DNA of 46,029 nt from a virus, in the IMG/VR virus record IMGVR_UViG_3300017527_000489, one strand, 5' to 3'. Below, piece by piece: positions 9,011 to 17,561 of this stretch. The translations under genes were made by a program, and so were the position numbers. The notes under the pieces are model-generated. The model saw nothing but the letters and a program-made list of their open reading frames with translations. It was not told where the DNA came from and did not search any database. Positions within the stretch are counted from its first letter, which is position 1. Each line of letters starts with the position of its first letter.

Positions 9011-9907
9011 TCACTCTAAAGACAGACCGTTTGGAAAATAGTGGTCTTGTGTAGCCTTAAAGAGGTCTTTTGTACGCTTCTCATGCCATGCCCACCCTTT
9101 GGGCTGGATGACCTTAACAAACTCATCTTTGAGTTGTGCAAAGGATTTGATATTTATAATGTTAGGAATTGCGACAATATCACCCTTAATTTTGCCTTTT
9201 CCTGCATCATCGTCAGCGTTGCCGCCTTCTTTTTTTACTTGAAACATTGAGCTAAATTCAACCGCTGCCACTTCCTGCGCTGTCATTGGCAAACCGTTGG
9301 GATTCATGTAAGGCTCATTCGTTTTGTTGTAAAATATTGTTTTGCCTCCTACTTCTTTAGCCCTCCCTATGATGCTATTTGTACGAATTTCCCTCAATTC
9401 CTGCAAGTCATCTTTAGAGTAACTTTGTTTAAAAGTTTGGTCACTTAAATAAGAGTTTATATTGTTTGCTATATTGGTACTATATTCTTTGTCGGCAAAT
9501 GCTGCTATTTGCTTCCTAAGTGCTTCGTTATCTTCGTTCACTTTTGCTAATTGGGCAGCGTGTAACTGGTCTTTGTCTGTAGACTCTTTTTGTTGTTGCT
9601 CCTGATTGCCAACTTTGTCTAATAGCTTTTTGTATTCAGTTGCCAAATGCCCAGCGTATTGACTAGTATTCATACCTTCGGGTCTTTCCTCTAAACCCAT
9701 TGCAGATAATACAGCGTCATCCACTTGCTTCCATCCTTTGCCCATCGCTTTTTTACCTAGTTCTACCTCGTGTATCTCTAGATATTTCTTGCCATGCTGG
9801 TTAAGAATAGCCGCAAATTCGGGCTTATCTTTCACCATGTCAATCATTTGCTGTGTTGTTAATTCTTTTTGTTGTTCCTGTGTTGCTTTTTCTTGCTCGT
9901 TTGCCAT
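9011..9907 (-). CDS. Scaffolding-like protein
   Basis: 298 aa, highly charged and helical with a Q/E/K-rich N-terminus (MANEQEKATQEQQKELTTQQ). Sits between the portal region and the capsid gene. Confidence 0.5.
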   Translation of the reverse strand: MANEQEKATQEQQKELTTQQMIDMVKDKPEFAAILNQHGKKYLEIHEVELGKKAMGKGWKQVDDAVLSAMGLEERPEGMNTSQYAGHLATEYKKLLDKVGNQEQQQKESTDKDQLHAAQLAKVNEDNEALRKQIAAFADKEYSTNIANNINSYLSDQTFKQSYSKDDLQELREIRTNSIIGRAKEVGGKTIFYNKTNEPYMNPNGLPMTAQEVAAVEFSSMFQVKKEGGNADDDAGKGKIKGDIVAIPNIINIKSFAQLKDEFVKVIQPKGWAWHEKRTKDLFKATQDHYFPNGLSLE

Positions 9908-9922
9908 AACGCCCTAGTTGTT

Positions 9923-10399
9923 TTAGAATGATTTAATGTATGCTTTTACTCTGTCAAATGACACCCCTACCTCTTTGGCTATTGCTTTTAGCCCCTCATC
10001 ATCTTGCCCTTTTCCTTCCTCCATCAGTGCGTTTACTTTGCTCTTTTGGGTTGGGCTAAGGTCTTTTACTTTTGGTTTCTTTGGAGCTGATGCTGGTAGA
10101 GTTGGGTTGTTAAGTATTACCACTTTGGCAAATGCTCCATTAAACACAGTTTTAACACGTCCGCTTGTTACTTCTCGCTTCATGTCTTGCCATTTGTTAA
10201 TAGAAGAGTACACAGTCCTTGCGGTGTGTATTTTACTCATTCCATCGAGCGCATCACGTGAGCGGATGCCAATACACACGTAATGGTATTTAGCTTCTGT
10301 TTCGTGTATAAGTTTAGGTATCTTGTAGTCTCCTAAATCAAGATTGCTCAATTCCTTGGTCGCTTGCGCCAGTTGGTTGGGCTGTATCATCGCTTTCAT
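9923..10399 (-). CDS. Hypothetical protein
   Basis: 158-aa ORF. Its start overlaps the portal 3' end by 62 nt, so the start is uncertain. Confidence 0.45.
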   Translation of the reverse strand: MKAMIQPNQLAQATKELSNLDLGDYKIPKLIHETEAKYHYVCIGIRSRDALDGMSKIHTARTVYSSINKWQDMKREVTSGRVKTVFNGAFAKVVILNNPTLPASAPKKPKVKDLSPTQKSKVNALMEEGKGQDDEGLKAIAKEVGVSFDRVKAYIKSF

Positions 10400-12104
10400 C
10401 TTGTGGTAGTTTCTGTTTTGTATAATGTAATAAAGTTTTTTTGATGCTTTCTATTTTCTTATCGTAGGTCAAGTCTTTGCCAAACTCTACAATACTTCCG
10501 TTCTCTCTTTCAAACTGTCCTAAAAGGTCGTTAAAATTGGACTTGATATAATAGTCCTCTTTTGTTATCATGAACTCCTTAAACTTATCCCTTGCCTCTA
10601 TTTGTGTATCAAAAGCGTTCGGCTCTACGTCCTTTGCAATTAACATCTTTTGGATCAGGTCAGGGTTGTTCTTGTACTTCGTATGGATAAGCAATTTATT
10701 AAGCTGCTCAATTTCGGTACTTTGAACCCCTGCTATTTTAGCTTGTTGAATTACTGCTAGTATCTCTTTTTCGGTCAAGATAAAAAACTCTGTTCCAAAA
10801 CTAGCACTAACCTTTACGTCAACATTGTACACTAGCTTAACCATTCCTTTAACTATCCACTTGTATAGCTCATTCAAGTAACTAGCTATATCAAGTAAAG
10901 GCTTCTTTCTGCTCTCCATAATAGCCATAACTTGTGTCTCATTCATTGCCTCACGGCTCAATGCACTATTATAGCCTGTTGTGTTAACTTTTATACTGTT
11001 TACCCTTCCTGCTTGCTTTTCTCCTGTGTATTTTAAAGAATTTACATCAGGTGCGATAAATTGGGTCAAGCCTCTTGTGTCTTGGTCTTCTTTATCTGTT
11101 CCGACTACTACACCTACTAACGTTCCAGGTCCTATCAATTGCTTATTCGCACAGCTTGGGCATTCTGTATGATAACCCTCTGTAGTTACAACATTGTCCT
11201 CGTTCTGAATAGGTTCAATATAAAGCTGCCCGTTTGTACAACCTCTGTCGCAATCATCATCTGCGTGTTGCAATATCTGAAACGCTGCGAAGTTGTCTTG
11301 ATAGAACTCGAACAAGTCAATTTGGTTGTATTGCTTCATTAGCCCACGAACAGGAGATAACGGCACACACCTATCAAAATGATGTTCATCTATCAATGGC
11401 TTATCGAAAAAGAACTTTGCTGGGCAATACCCTAAATTATGAGGGGCATCTAATACCTCGCTTAACATTCCTTTTTCTTCCAATACCACACGGTAAGACT
11501 TTGCATCATAAACAGCGTACTTTGTCCATTCTTTACCGTCCTCGGTCTTTCCTGTTGAATGTATAAAGATAAACACCGTAAAGTTACCGTGCTTATCGTC
11601 CTGATAGCCAACTATTCTTTCATTTGGAATAGCCAGTAGCAACGGTTCGCCCTTATCGTCTTTATCCAATACTACAACCGTATTAGGCGCACACTTTAGA
11701 ACTCTTTTACCTTTTGCTTCTATCCAATTACGAACATTGAGCATAGACAACATTCCCTCTGCTGCCTCCTTTGCTCTGTCATTAGGATAGTCAACACTAA
11801 AATGAGCATTGCGCCCATCGAATACCTTATACAAATCAAGCATTATATCGTTAGATATGTTGTTGATAGGCAAAGGAAGGGCATAGTACTTGGTTATAGC
11901 TTTGAATTTCTCTGCCGTTAGTTTATTAGCTAACGAACTTTCAAGCTCCTGCCAAGCAGTCTCATTACTCAAAGCATACCCATCTAAGGGCAAAGTAAAA
12001 ACACGAAGCCTAGACTGGTACTTATTCCCCTCCGCTATCTTCGCTTGGTTTGGTCTTCTTTTTACCAGTTCGACCGCTTGGGAGTTTGATAAGTTCATTT
12101 CCAT
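10338..12104 (-). CDS. Portal protein (by size and position)
   Basis: 588 aa, the largest head-module ORF downstream of terL, with an acidic C-terminus. Its start overlaps the 73-aa ORF by 83 nt. Confidence 0.6.
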   Translation of the reverse strand: MEMNLSNSQAVELVKRRPNQAKIAEGNKYQSRLRVFTLPLDGYALSNETAWQELESSLANKLTAEKFKAITKYYALPLPINNISNDIMLDLYKVFDGRNAHFSVDYPNDRAKEAAEGMLSMLNVRNWIEAKGKRVLKCAPNTVVVLDKDDKGEPLLLAIPNERIVGYQDDKHGNFTVFIFIHSTGKTEDGKEWTKYAVYDAKSYRVVLEEKGMLSEVLDAPHNLGYCPAKFFFDKPLIDEHHFDRCVPLSPVRGLMKQYNQIDLFEFYQDNFAAFQILQHADDDCDRGCTNGQLYIEPIQNEDNVVTTEGYHTECPSCANKQLIGPGTLVGVVVGTDKEDQDTRGLTQFIAPDVNSLKYTGEKQAGRVNSIKVNTTGYNSALSREAMNETQVMAIMESRKKPLLDIASYLNELYKWIVKGMVKLVYNVDVKVSASFGTEFFILTEKEILAVIQQAKIAGVQSTEIEQLNKLLIHTKYKNNPDLIQKMLIAKDVEPNAFDTQIEARDKFKEFMITKEDYYIKSNFNDLLGQFERENGSIVEFGKDLTYDKKIESIKKTLLHYTKQKLPQDESDDTAQPTGASDQGIEQS

Positions 12105-12243
12105 CTAAGGCGTATTTTTCAGTCTCTACAATCTTAAAACGCTTATGCGCTCCCTTGAGCTTTAACAATGCCGCAGCATGTTCAAAACTAAGTTCTACAA
12201 CCGTGTCAGACTGCAATTTTTTAATTTTTACTTTAGCATTCAT
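12022..12243 (-). CDS. Hypothetical small basic protein
   Basis: 73-aa ORF with a Lys-rich C-terminus. Unusually long 83-nt overlap with the portal ORF. Confidence 0.4.
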   Translation of the reverse strand: MNAKVKIKKLQSDTVVELSFEHAAALLKLKGAHKRFKIVETEKYALDGNELIKLPSGRTGKKKTKPSEDSGGE

Positions 12244-12244
12244 A

Positions 12245-12895
12245 CTAATAAGTTAAAGTATTAAATGTAGGCGTACGCTTACTTAGTTCGTAAGTCCAAT
12301 CCTTTGCAAGTTGGAACTCAATAACATTCGTATCATCGTCTACATTACCGTTTACGGCACGACCATGCAAAATAACAGCACTTGCAACAGGAATGCCAGT
12401 AAACAAATTACTAGTTAATGCGTCCAGAGTTCCTACAATACTTTTATCGTGAAGTATAAAATACACCTCTAAAGTATCGCCCTCACAAACAATCTCACTA
12501 ATTTCTTTTTCTTGCGCTGGAGCTAAACCATCCAGTCTAGCTGTAAAAGATGAAGGAGCAAAAGAAATATGCTTCTTCTTTCCGTCCAACGTAGAATTAT
12601 CATTCCCACCTTTGCTAATTTCTTCACCAGGAGTGACAATTGGGTCGCCTCCGAATAATGGCAAATAAATAACTTTTGTGCTGTCTGCCGCTACTTTTAA
12701 TGTATCCCAAGGCGTTACATCTTCGGGTGCATCTCCCACTATTGCAGCAGGTACATTATTCGCTGGTGTGCCTATGTCAAAAATAACTTCTCCCTCTCTT
12801 ACAAACCAAACTCTATGTACTTGGTTTAGGTTAAATGCGCAACTACTAGTGCTAATAGTAGTCATAGCTGTTGGTAATGGGCAACATCCTGCCAT
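12245..12895 (-). CDS. Hypothetical beta-rich protein
   Basis: 216-aa ORF between terL and portal, starting MAGCCPLPTAM. No motif recognised. Confidence 0.5.
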   Translation of the reverse strand: MAGCCPLPTAMTTISTSSCAFNLNQVHRVWFVREGEVIFDIGTPANNVPAAIVGDAPEDVTPWDTLKVAADSTKVIYLPLFGGDPIVTPGEEISKGGNDNSTLDGKKKHISFAPSSFTARLDGLAPAQEKEISEIVCEGDTLEVYFILHDKSIVGTLDALTSNLFTGIPVASAVILHGRAVNGNVDDDTNVIEFQLAKDWTYELSKRTPTFNTLTY

Positions 12896-12972
12896 GATAT
12901 TTTGTATTTAGAATTAAGAAATAACTTTTTGCTTTTCCTTGCCATTTCTTATCTAAATTGTATTCTTTATGT

Positions 12973-13626
12973 CTAAGGCATCGTTAACTTTGCCGTTGCT
13001 GTAAAACTTGTAATACTCGTACCATCGTACTTTATAAAGTCATAGTCTACTGTGTACTGTTCGGTCGATGGGTTAGCTGCGAAGGTGTACCAATTGTAGA
13101 CCCATTCGCTATTGCCTGTCGTACTGCATCTATCGAATGCAACTGATGCAGGTTCGACCGTTGTTATAGCTGGCGCACCACCCGAAAAAGGCGTGAGGTT
13201 TAGGCTTATTTTCTTCAAGTCACATGTAACAGTTGCATCGCATGTGATAGTTATTGTGTGTTCCCATGTGCCAGAAGCTGGAAGGGCAGACGCTACGATA
13301 CTAACCAAACCATCTACAGGAGTTGCAACCCCACAACAATACGTTTGCGGTGCAGGGTCGTTTATTTCCCTTAGTGTGTTTATTACTCCTGCCTCTGTAG
13401 CAGTTAAAAAAGAGGGGTCTACGTCTAACGAACTAAGTTGACCAGTTAAATTAAGCCAGCCAGCATCTGAAATAGCACTAGCTTGCCCTGCGTCCACCTC
13501 TGCTCTCATTACCGCTTCGGTTATTGGAGTGCCAAGGGTAGCGAATTTCTTCAATGTCTCTAGTAAGAGCATTGCATTGGGTTCTAGTCCTGCTGTGTAG
13601 TTACTTGCTAATAGTCTAAAGCTCAT
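12973..13626 (-). CDS. Hypothetical protein (helical N-terminal half, beta-rich C-terminal half)
   Basis: 217-aa ORF between terL and portal. No motif recognised. Confidence 0.5.
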   Translation of the reverse strand: MSFRLLASNYTAGLEPNAMLLLETLKKFATLGTPITEAVMRAEVDAGQASAISDAGWLNLTGQLSSLDVDPSFLTATEAGVINTLREINDPAPQTYCCGVATPVDGLVSIVASALPASGTWEHTITITCDATVTCDLKKISLNLTPFSGGAPAITTVEPASVAFDRCSTTGNSEWVYNWYTFAANPSTEQYTVDYDFIKYDGTSITSFTATAKLTMP

Positions 13627-13832
13627 AGTCTAATTGTTCTTACTTGTACCTCGTTTATTGGCTCAATTCCTAATAAGTCGAAACCTTCTATATTAGGCAG
13701 CACTCGTTCGTTCTTGTGAACCTGTGCAATATCTTTATCCTCGCTTGCATCAGTATTATTATTTTGCCCAAATATAGCTTTATTTAAAAACAAAAGGGCT
13801 GCTGATGTTGCTTCATTTCGGGGCTTGCTCAT
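13623..13832 (-). CDS. Hypothetical protein
   Basis: 69-aa ORF with overlapping junctions on both sides. Confidence 0.4.
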   Translation of the reverse strand: MSKPRNEATSAALLFLNKAIFGQNNNTDASEDKDIAQVHKNERVLPNIEGFDLLGIEPINEVQVRTIRL

Positions 13833-15010
13833 TACCTATTATTTGTTTTAGCCGTTCTCCTTCTAAGCCCTTGTATGCCGTATCTTAGGGCATCCCATAA
13901 ATGGTTAAAACTATCTATAGGCTTATTAGTAGGCTTATCGGTTTTCTTGTCCTTACCCCAAATATACGAAATTTGTTCTTTTTTCCAATATTTACAGGCA
14001 ACTATATTCAAAGCTTCGTATTTCTTGATGCTCTCTATGCCGTGTCGTATGCTATCTGCGCCCTTCCTTGCCCCTTTAGCATCCCATCCTAATAGACGCA
14101 TCTCTTTGATAGTTTTAGGGTCGGCAGAGTCACAATAAATGCGGTCGTTTTTAGGTACTCCTAATTCGTTTAACGCATTACTGATGTCTTTTGTTGTCAT
14201 TCCGAAATCATAAATCCAGCGTTGGGCAAATAGTTCTCCATCACTTACCCCGCATTTAACCAAAGTTGTAGGGTCATTAGTGAACCCAAAGTCCATGCCC
14301 CAACTATGCCGCTTTACATCTTCTGGAAACTCACTTATCCAATTTACATGCTTGAATATAACGCCCTCGGTTTTTCCTGTTAGCCCTTGCCCGTACACCC
14401 TCCACTTTTCTTTCTTTGTTGGGTCGTCCCTATAGGCTTCTATTTTAGCTACAATTTTATCGCTAAGTGAGTGGTTGTGCGTATAGTTTGATATGAATAA
14501 TTGCGAATACTCTTGCCCTATTAATTCCTCGTGAACCCAAAAAGGTGTCGTTGGGTTGTAGTCGATAAATACTTGCTTCTCGGTTCTAATGTTCAATTGG
14601 TCGAATATAGCATAAGTCACGCCCATTGCCTCGTTTACAAACAAATAGTCTCTTCTGCCTCCTTGCGCATCCTGTGCATCATCAAAGCTCTTAAACTCCA
14701 ACGTGCTGCCGTTATGCAAAGTCCATACCCAATTTGTTTTATTTACCGATTGCACCATTTGCCGAAAGCACGAATTGTCTTTTAGTACAAAACCTAGTGT
14801 ACGCATTGCGCCTATTTTGAGGTTAGGCATGTCTTGACCGACAATGGTTATTATTTGTAGCGGCTCTCTCCAAGCATACACTAGTAGAAGTTGTAGTATG
14901 CTGTATGTTTTACCAGAGCTTGAGCCGCCTTGGTTTATTACTATAGGCTTGTCGCATTCGTTATTAGCCGTATAGATTGGGGATTCATCAAATTGCAAGT
15001 CAACTGCCAT
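13832..15010 (-). CDS. terL: Terminase large subunit
   Basis: 392 aa. Walker A INQGGSSSGKTYS, Walker B-like DYLFVNEA, C-terminal nuclease-type CDSADPKTIKEMRLLGW. PBSX/Terminase_3-like pattern. Confidence 0.85.
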   Translation of the reverse strand: MAVDLQFDESPIYTANNECDKPIVINQGGSSSGKTYSILQLLLVYAWREPLQIITIVGQDMPNLKIGAMRTLGFVLKDNSCFRQMVQSVNKTNWVWTLHNGSTLEFKSFDDAQDAQGGRRDYLFVNEAMGVTYAIFDQLNIRTEKQVFIDYNPTTPFWVHEELIGQEYSQLFISNYTHNHSLSDKIVAKIEAYRDDPTKKEKWRVYGQGLTGKTEGVIFKHVNWISEFPEDVKRHSWGMDFGFTNDPTTLVKCGVSDGELFAQRWIYDFGMTTKDISNALNELGVPKNDRIYCDSADPKTIKEMRLLGWDAKGARKGADSIRHGIESIKKYEALNIVACKYWKKEQISYIWGKDKKTDKPTNKPIDSFNHLWDALRYGIQGLRRRTAKTNNR

Positions 15011-15320
15011 CTATATCGCTTTCTTTGGTTGGTAGCTTTACTTTGGATGGGTTAAATATTAGATTGACCGCTTCCATTGGGTCGCCCGAATGTTCTACAG
15101 CCGTATGTTTTGCCATAAAGAACTCCATCACCTTGAGTAGAGTGTTAGCTTTGTCTTTCGGGCTTTCTATTTCGTTTATGGTTCTAAATAGCGAATCAAA
15201 GCCCCCGTTGTCGTTAAACAGAGCTTCTAGTGATTCTTTCTTAGCTAGAGTAGACTTGTTTTTACTACCCTCTAGCCTTCCTTTGTTGCCTTTAGTGAAT
15301 CTACCATTTTTATCCCTCAT
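15000..15320 (-). CDS. terS: Putative terminase small subunit
   Basis: 106 aa. N-terminal basic motif KNGRFTKGNKGRLEGSKN, typical of small-terminase/DUF5681-like proteins. Overlaps the terL start by 11 nt. Confidence 0.5.
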   Translation of the reverse strand: MRDKNGRFTKGNKGRLEGSKNKSTLAKKESLEALFNDNGGFDSLFRTINEIESPKDKANTLLKVMEFFMAKHTAVEHSGDPMEAVNLIFNPSKVKLPTKESDIDGS

Positions 15321-15351
15321 TGCGTGTTATTTACCGTAGTTTGCCGTAAAA

Positions 15352-15603
15352 CTACGGGGTTTCCATATCCATAAGTCTTAAATACTCTTCTATTGTTTTG
15401 AGCTTGTCCATGTGGCACTCACTTGGTTTAGCCACTAATGCCATTATCTTGAATGCATAAACAGAATGAATCATATCATTGACCTTCGCTTGCTCATACC
15501 TACTCTCTAGTTTTTCTTTACTTTGCTTATCTATTGGCTTTACTTTGTCGTTTCCTTGTGGCAATTCCAACCCATATACTTCGTTATCGTTTAAATTACT
15601 CAT
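15352..15603 (-). CDS. Hypothetical protein
   Basis: 83-aa ORF. A 9-bp hairpin (15334-15342 with 15349-15357) spans its stop codon. Confidence 0.45.
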   Translation of the reverse strand: MSNLNDNEVYGLELPQGNDKVKPIDKQSKEKLESRYEQAKVNDMIHSVYAFKIMALVAKPSECHMDKLKTIEEYLRLMDMETP

Positions 15604-15977
15604 AGCCCTATCCTTTCCCTAAGTGACTCTAAATTATGTTTACCAGTTATCAACTTCATAATAGCATCTAAATTACCCTTTTGGTACTTTGGCAAGTCAT
15701 AGCTATAAGTTGCCGCCTCAAAACTTAGGTAATTATTAATACTAGCAAAATACTCTCCAACTGTATTAAATTCATCCTTTACAAGAACATCAAGCAAATC
15801 CTCGTTCGTGGTTTCTCCCCCTAGTTCTTCTATCAGTTCCCACTTTTCTTTCTTGTTCGCATCCTTGAGCCTTAGTATCTTTAAACGTGCTTTTCCGAAC
15901 TTTGTTCTGTACACCTTGGCTATGAACTTTTTATGTTTGCGGTGTGCTTGTCTTGCTTTCTTGTCTGCTAGTGTCAT
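15600..15977 (-). CDS. Hypothetical protein (basic N-terminus)
   Basis: 125-aa ORF with 4-nt overlaps on both sides. Confidence 0.5.
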   Translation of the reverse strand: MTLADKKARQAHRKHKKFIAKVYRTKFGKARLKILRLKDANKKEKWELIEELGGETTNEDLLDVLVKDEFNTVGEYFASINNYLSFEAATYSYDLPKYQKGNLDAIMKLITGKHNLESLRERIGL

Positions 15978-16111
15978 TAGTTTAATATTTTACTATGCCC
16001 TTTCTTGCCAAAAAAGAATTTAACCTTTGGCACAAACACGACCCCGTACTTCTTATCCTTCACCCACTTAAAGCACTCATACATTCTGCCTGTTTTTTCG
16101 TACTTGCTCAT
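15977..16111 (-). CDS. Small hypothetical protein (44 aa, below the ORF-track cutoff)
   Basis: Manual translation MSKYEKTGRMYECFKWVKDKKYGVVFVPKVKFFFGKKGHSKILN. Its TAA overlaps the next ATG (TAATG). Starts 10 nt after the last leader hairpin. Confidence 0.4.
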   Translation of the reverse strand: MSKYEKTGRMYECFKWVKDKKYGVVFVPKVKFFFGKKGHSKILN

Positions 16112-16121
16112 AATTTAATTT

Positions 16122-16152
16122 TAAAAAGGCGGCAGCATTCCCACACCACCAC
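16122..16152 (-). terminator. Terminator-like hairpin 3 of leader L1
   Basis: Minus-strand RNA GGUGGUGG..CUGCCGCC, 8 bp including 3 G-U pairs that exist only in the minus-strand RNA, then UUUUUA. Confidence 0.4.
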
Positions 16153-16177
16153 CTCGGACACCCAAATACTTATTTCT

Positions 16178-16211
16178 TAAAAAACGGTAGGAGGAACAAA
16201 CACCCCCTACC
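16178..16211 (-). terminator. Intrinsic terminator (hairpin 2 of leader L1)
   Basis: Minus-strand RNA GGUAGGGGG (16211-16203) paired with CCUCCUACC (16194-16186), 8-nt loop, then GUUUUUU. The one G-U pair is valid only on the minus strand. Confidence 0.65.
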
Positions 16212-16230
16212 ATACTATTATTCCCATTAA

Positions 16231-16288
16231 AGAATAAAAACCAAAGCACCTTAAAACGAATCGAACTTAAGTTATGAAAACGGTGCTT
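16231..16288 (-). terminator. Hairpin 1 of leader L1 with U-rich tail
   Basis: AAGCACC (16288-16282) pairs with GGUGCUU (16250-16244), 31-nt loop, followed by UGGUUUUUAUUCU. The loop is too large for a textbook terminator. Confidence 0.3.
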
Positions 16289-16292
16289 ATCT

Positions 16293-16323
16293 TGAATATA
16301 CTTCTTTTTCGGCAATTATGCAA
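16293..16323 (-). promoter_or_regulatory. Promoter-like motif P5: TTGCAT-N17-TATATTCA
   Basis: Same -33 hexamer and 17-nt spacing as four other motifs in this genome. The -7 box deviates from TAnnTTTG at 2 positions. Begins 2 nt after the upstream stop codon. Confidence 0.35.
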
Positions 16324-16324
16324 A

Positions 16325-16726
16325 TTAACGCACATATCCAGCAGCTTTTAAAGCTTTGTGTAACTCGTTCTTTGCTTTTCCCATCGCCTTATTTTCAAAC
16401 TCAAATATCCTGTCGGTCGGGTCGTCTACGTTCATGTAAAATACTCTGTCGATAGCCTTAAAAGGGGCTGGCTGCAAAGTATAAATGTAGTTATTGCCAC
16501 GCTCTACTATCACAGTAGGAAACCGACAGAAGATGTTTTGAAAGAAGTCTTTGAGTGCCTGTATAATGTGTTGAGCAAGCGGCAGAACTTCGTCTATAAT
16601 ATCAGAAGTTTGCTCGACTATCTCTATAACATTACGCCCGTTTATTTTTCGGGCTATTCTTACTTTCCCATTCGGCAGAACTTCACCGCCTAGTGAATCG
16701 TCTTTTGTGCTTACGTATTTAGCCAT
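16325..16726 (-). CDS. Hypothetical protein (last gene before the late leader L1)
   Basis: 133-aa ORF. No motif recognised. Confidence 0.55.
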   Translation of the reverse strand: MAKYVSTKDDSLGGEVLPNGKVRIARKINGRNVIEIVEQTSDIIDEVLPLAQHIIQALKDFFQNIFCRFPTVIVERGNNYIYTLQPAPFKAIDRVFYMNVDDPTDRIFEFENKAMGKAKNELHKALKAAGYVR

Positions 16727-16871
16727 TTTCTTTCTTTTGTTTCTTAACCTTGATATAATTTACAATTGTTGCCAAAAAGAAGGGAATGAGGACAAAACCC
16801 CAATGCCAATCTATTTGCTTTGTTAGCTTCAAGTAAATAAACATTAATTGTAGCCAGTCCACGAAAGGCAT
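16719..16871 (-). CDS. Small single-pass membrane protein (50 aa, below the ORF-track cutoff)
   Basis: Manual translation MPFVDWLQLMFIYLKLTKQIDWHWGFVLIPFFLATIVNYIKVKKQKKENG. Overlaps the next start by 8 nt. Confidence 0.4.
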   Translation of the reverse strand: MPFVDWLQLMFIYLKLTKQIDWHWGFVLIPFFLATIVNYIKVKKQKKENG

Positions 16872-16887
16872 ATTTCTTCTCTTGTCG

Positions 16888-17346
16888 CTATCTTTCATTT
16901 ATTTTATTTATAACTTCTTGAAACGCATCCCTTTTGCCGTGGTCTGCGCTTAGTGTTTGTTCTTCTAACCACTCTAATAGTGCCGCCTCTCGTTCTTCTT
17001 TCAAGCTGTTGAAGTATTTAGCATCTTTCTCGCTTAATGTTGCTTTTGATAGTAAATACTGATAGCTACTAATCTTTATTAGCTTTACTTTTACATCTGC
17101 TGGAATATTAGCCAACAACAATGCAAGACGCTTTTGTATTTCCTTCGTATCATCCTCTAACTCCTTACCCTCTACGCAATGCTTATGCAAATCCTTGTAC
17201 AGTCCGCTTGACGTTACCGCCCATTTAGGCGTATCTTTGTCTATTTGAAAGAACAGAAAACCCACTCTAGTTTTTAGCTCCTGCATTTCCGCTTTGATAG
17301 CTTCGTACCGCTCTATGGCTTCGGACTTATTCAGCTTTTCCTTCAT
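16888..17346 (-). CDS. Hypothetical helical protein
   Basis: 152-aa ORF. Its start is overlapped by the end of the RHH ORF. Confidence 0.55.
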   Translation of the reverse strand: MKEKLNKSEAIERYEAIKAEMQELKTRVGFLFFQIDKDTPKWAVTSSGLYKDLHKHCVEGKELEDDTKEIQKRLALLLANIPADVKVKLIKISSYQYLLSKATLSEKDAKYFNSLKEEREAALLEWLEEQTLSADHGKRDAFQEVINKINER

Positions 17347-17500
17347 CCTCTTGCTGTTCCTCTACATGCTTCTTAAATAACTTACCCACATATCCATTTA
17401 GACTATCGCCCATACTGTTGGCAATTTCTTTCATCTGCTCGATAATTCCTATCGTGCGTTTATTCTCTACGTATTTGAAGCTTTTCGGTTTATTATCCAT
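17327..17500 (-). CDS. Arc/MetJ-like ribbon-helix-helix DNA-binding protein (57 aa, below the ORF-track cutoff)
   Basis: Manual translation MDNKPKSFKYVENKRTIGIIEQMKEIANSMGDSLNGYVGKLFKKHVEEQQEDEGKAE. Strand-helix-turn(G-x-S/N)-helix pattern resembling Arc. Palindromes lie immediately upstream. Confidence 0.55.
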   Translation of the reverse strand: MDNKPKSFKYVENKRTIGIIEQMKEIANSMGDSLNGYVGKLFKKHVEEQQEDEGKAE

Positions 17501-17505
17501 TTATT

Positions 17506-17544
17506 ACATAACTTTTATGTTATCCTTTCGTAAATGTAACATAA
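17506..17544. promoter_or_regulatory. Operator-like array of three half-sites: ACATAA / TTATGT / ACATAA
   Basis: ACATAA-N3-TTATGT at 17506-17520 and TTATGTTA-N14-TAACATAA at 17515-17544. The array overlaps the -7 box of the RHH promoter. Confidence 0.5.
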
Positions 17545-17561
17545 TTTATTTATATTAGCAA
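17531..17561 (-). promoter_or_regulatory. Promoter-like motif P8: TTGCTA-N17-TACATTTA, upstream of the RHH gene
   Basis: -33 TTGC hexamer with exact 17-nt spacing to a TAnnTTTG-like box (7 of 8). About 30 nt upstream of ATG 17500. Confidence 0.45.

Noticed and set aside
12022-12104. Possible programmed frameshift joining the 73-aa ORF to the portal ORF
   Set aside because: The portal frame is +1 relative to the small ORF, and the overlap contains only GGUAAAAAGAAG. That is not a convincing slippery heptamer, and there is no downstream structure. I treat it as an ordinary, if long, overlap or a mis-set start.
16255-16268. T-loop-like GTTCGATTC (minus strand), possible tRNA
   Set aside because: No flanking 5-bp T-stem, acceptor stem or anticodon arm can be drawn. 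No other tRNA-like cloverleaf was seen anywhere in the window.
16121-16315. 64-aa minus-strand ORF in the gap before the packaging operon
   Set aside because: It runs straight through three hairpin plus U-tract structures and has odd composition (GGVCSS, RGGGVGMLPPF). The region is better explained as a structured leader (L1).
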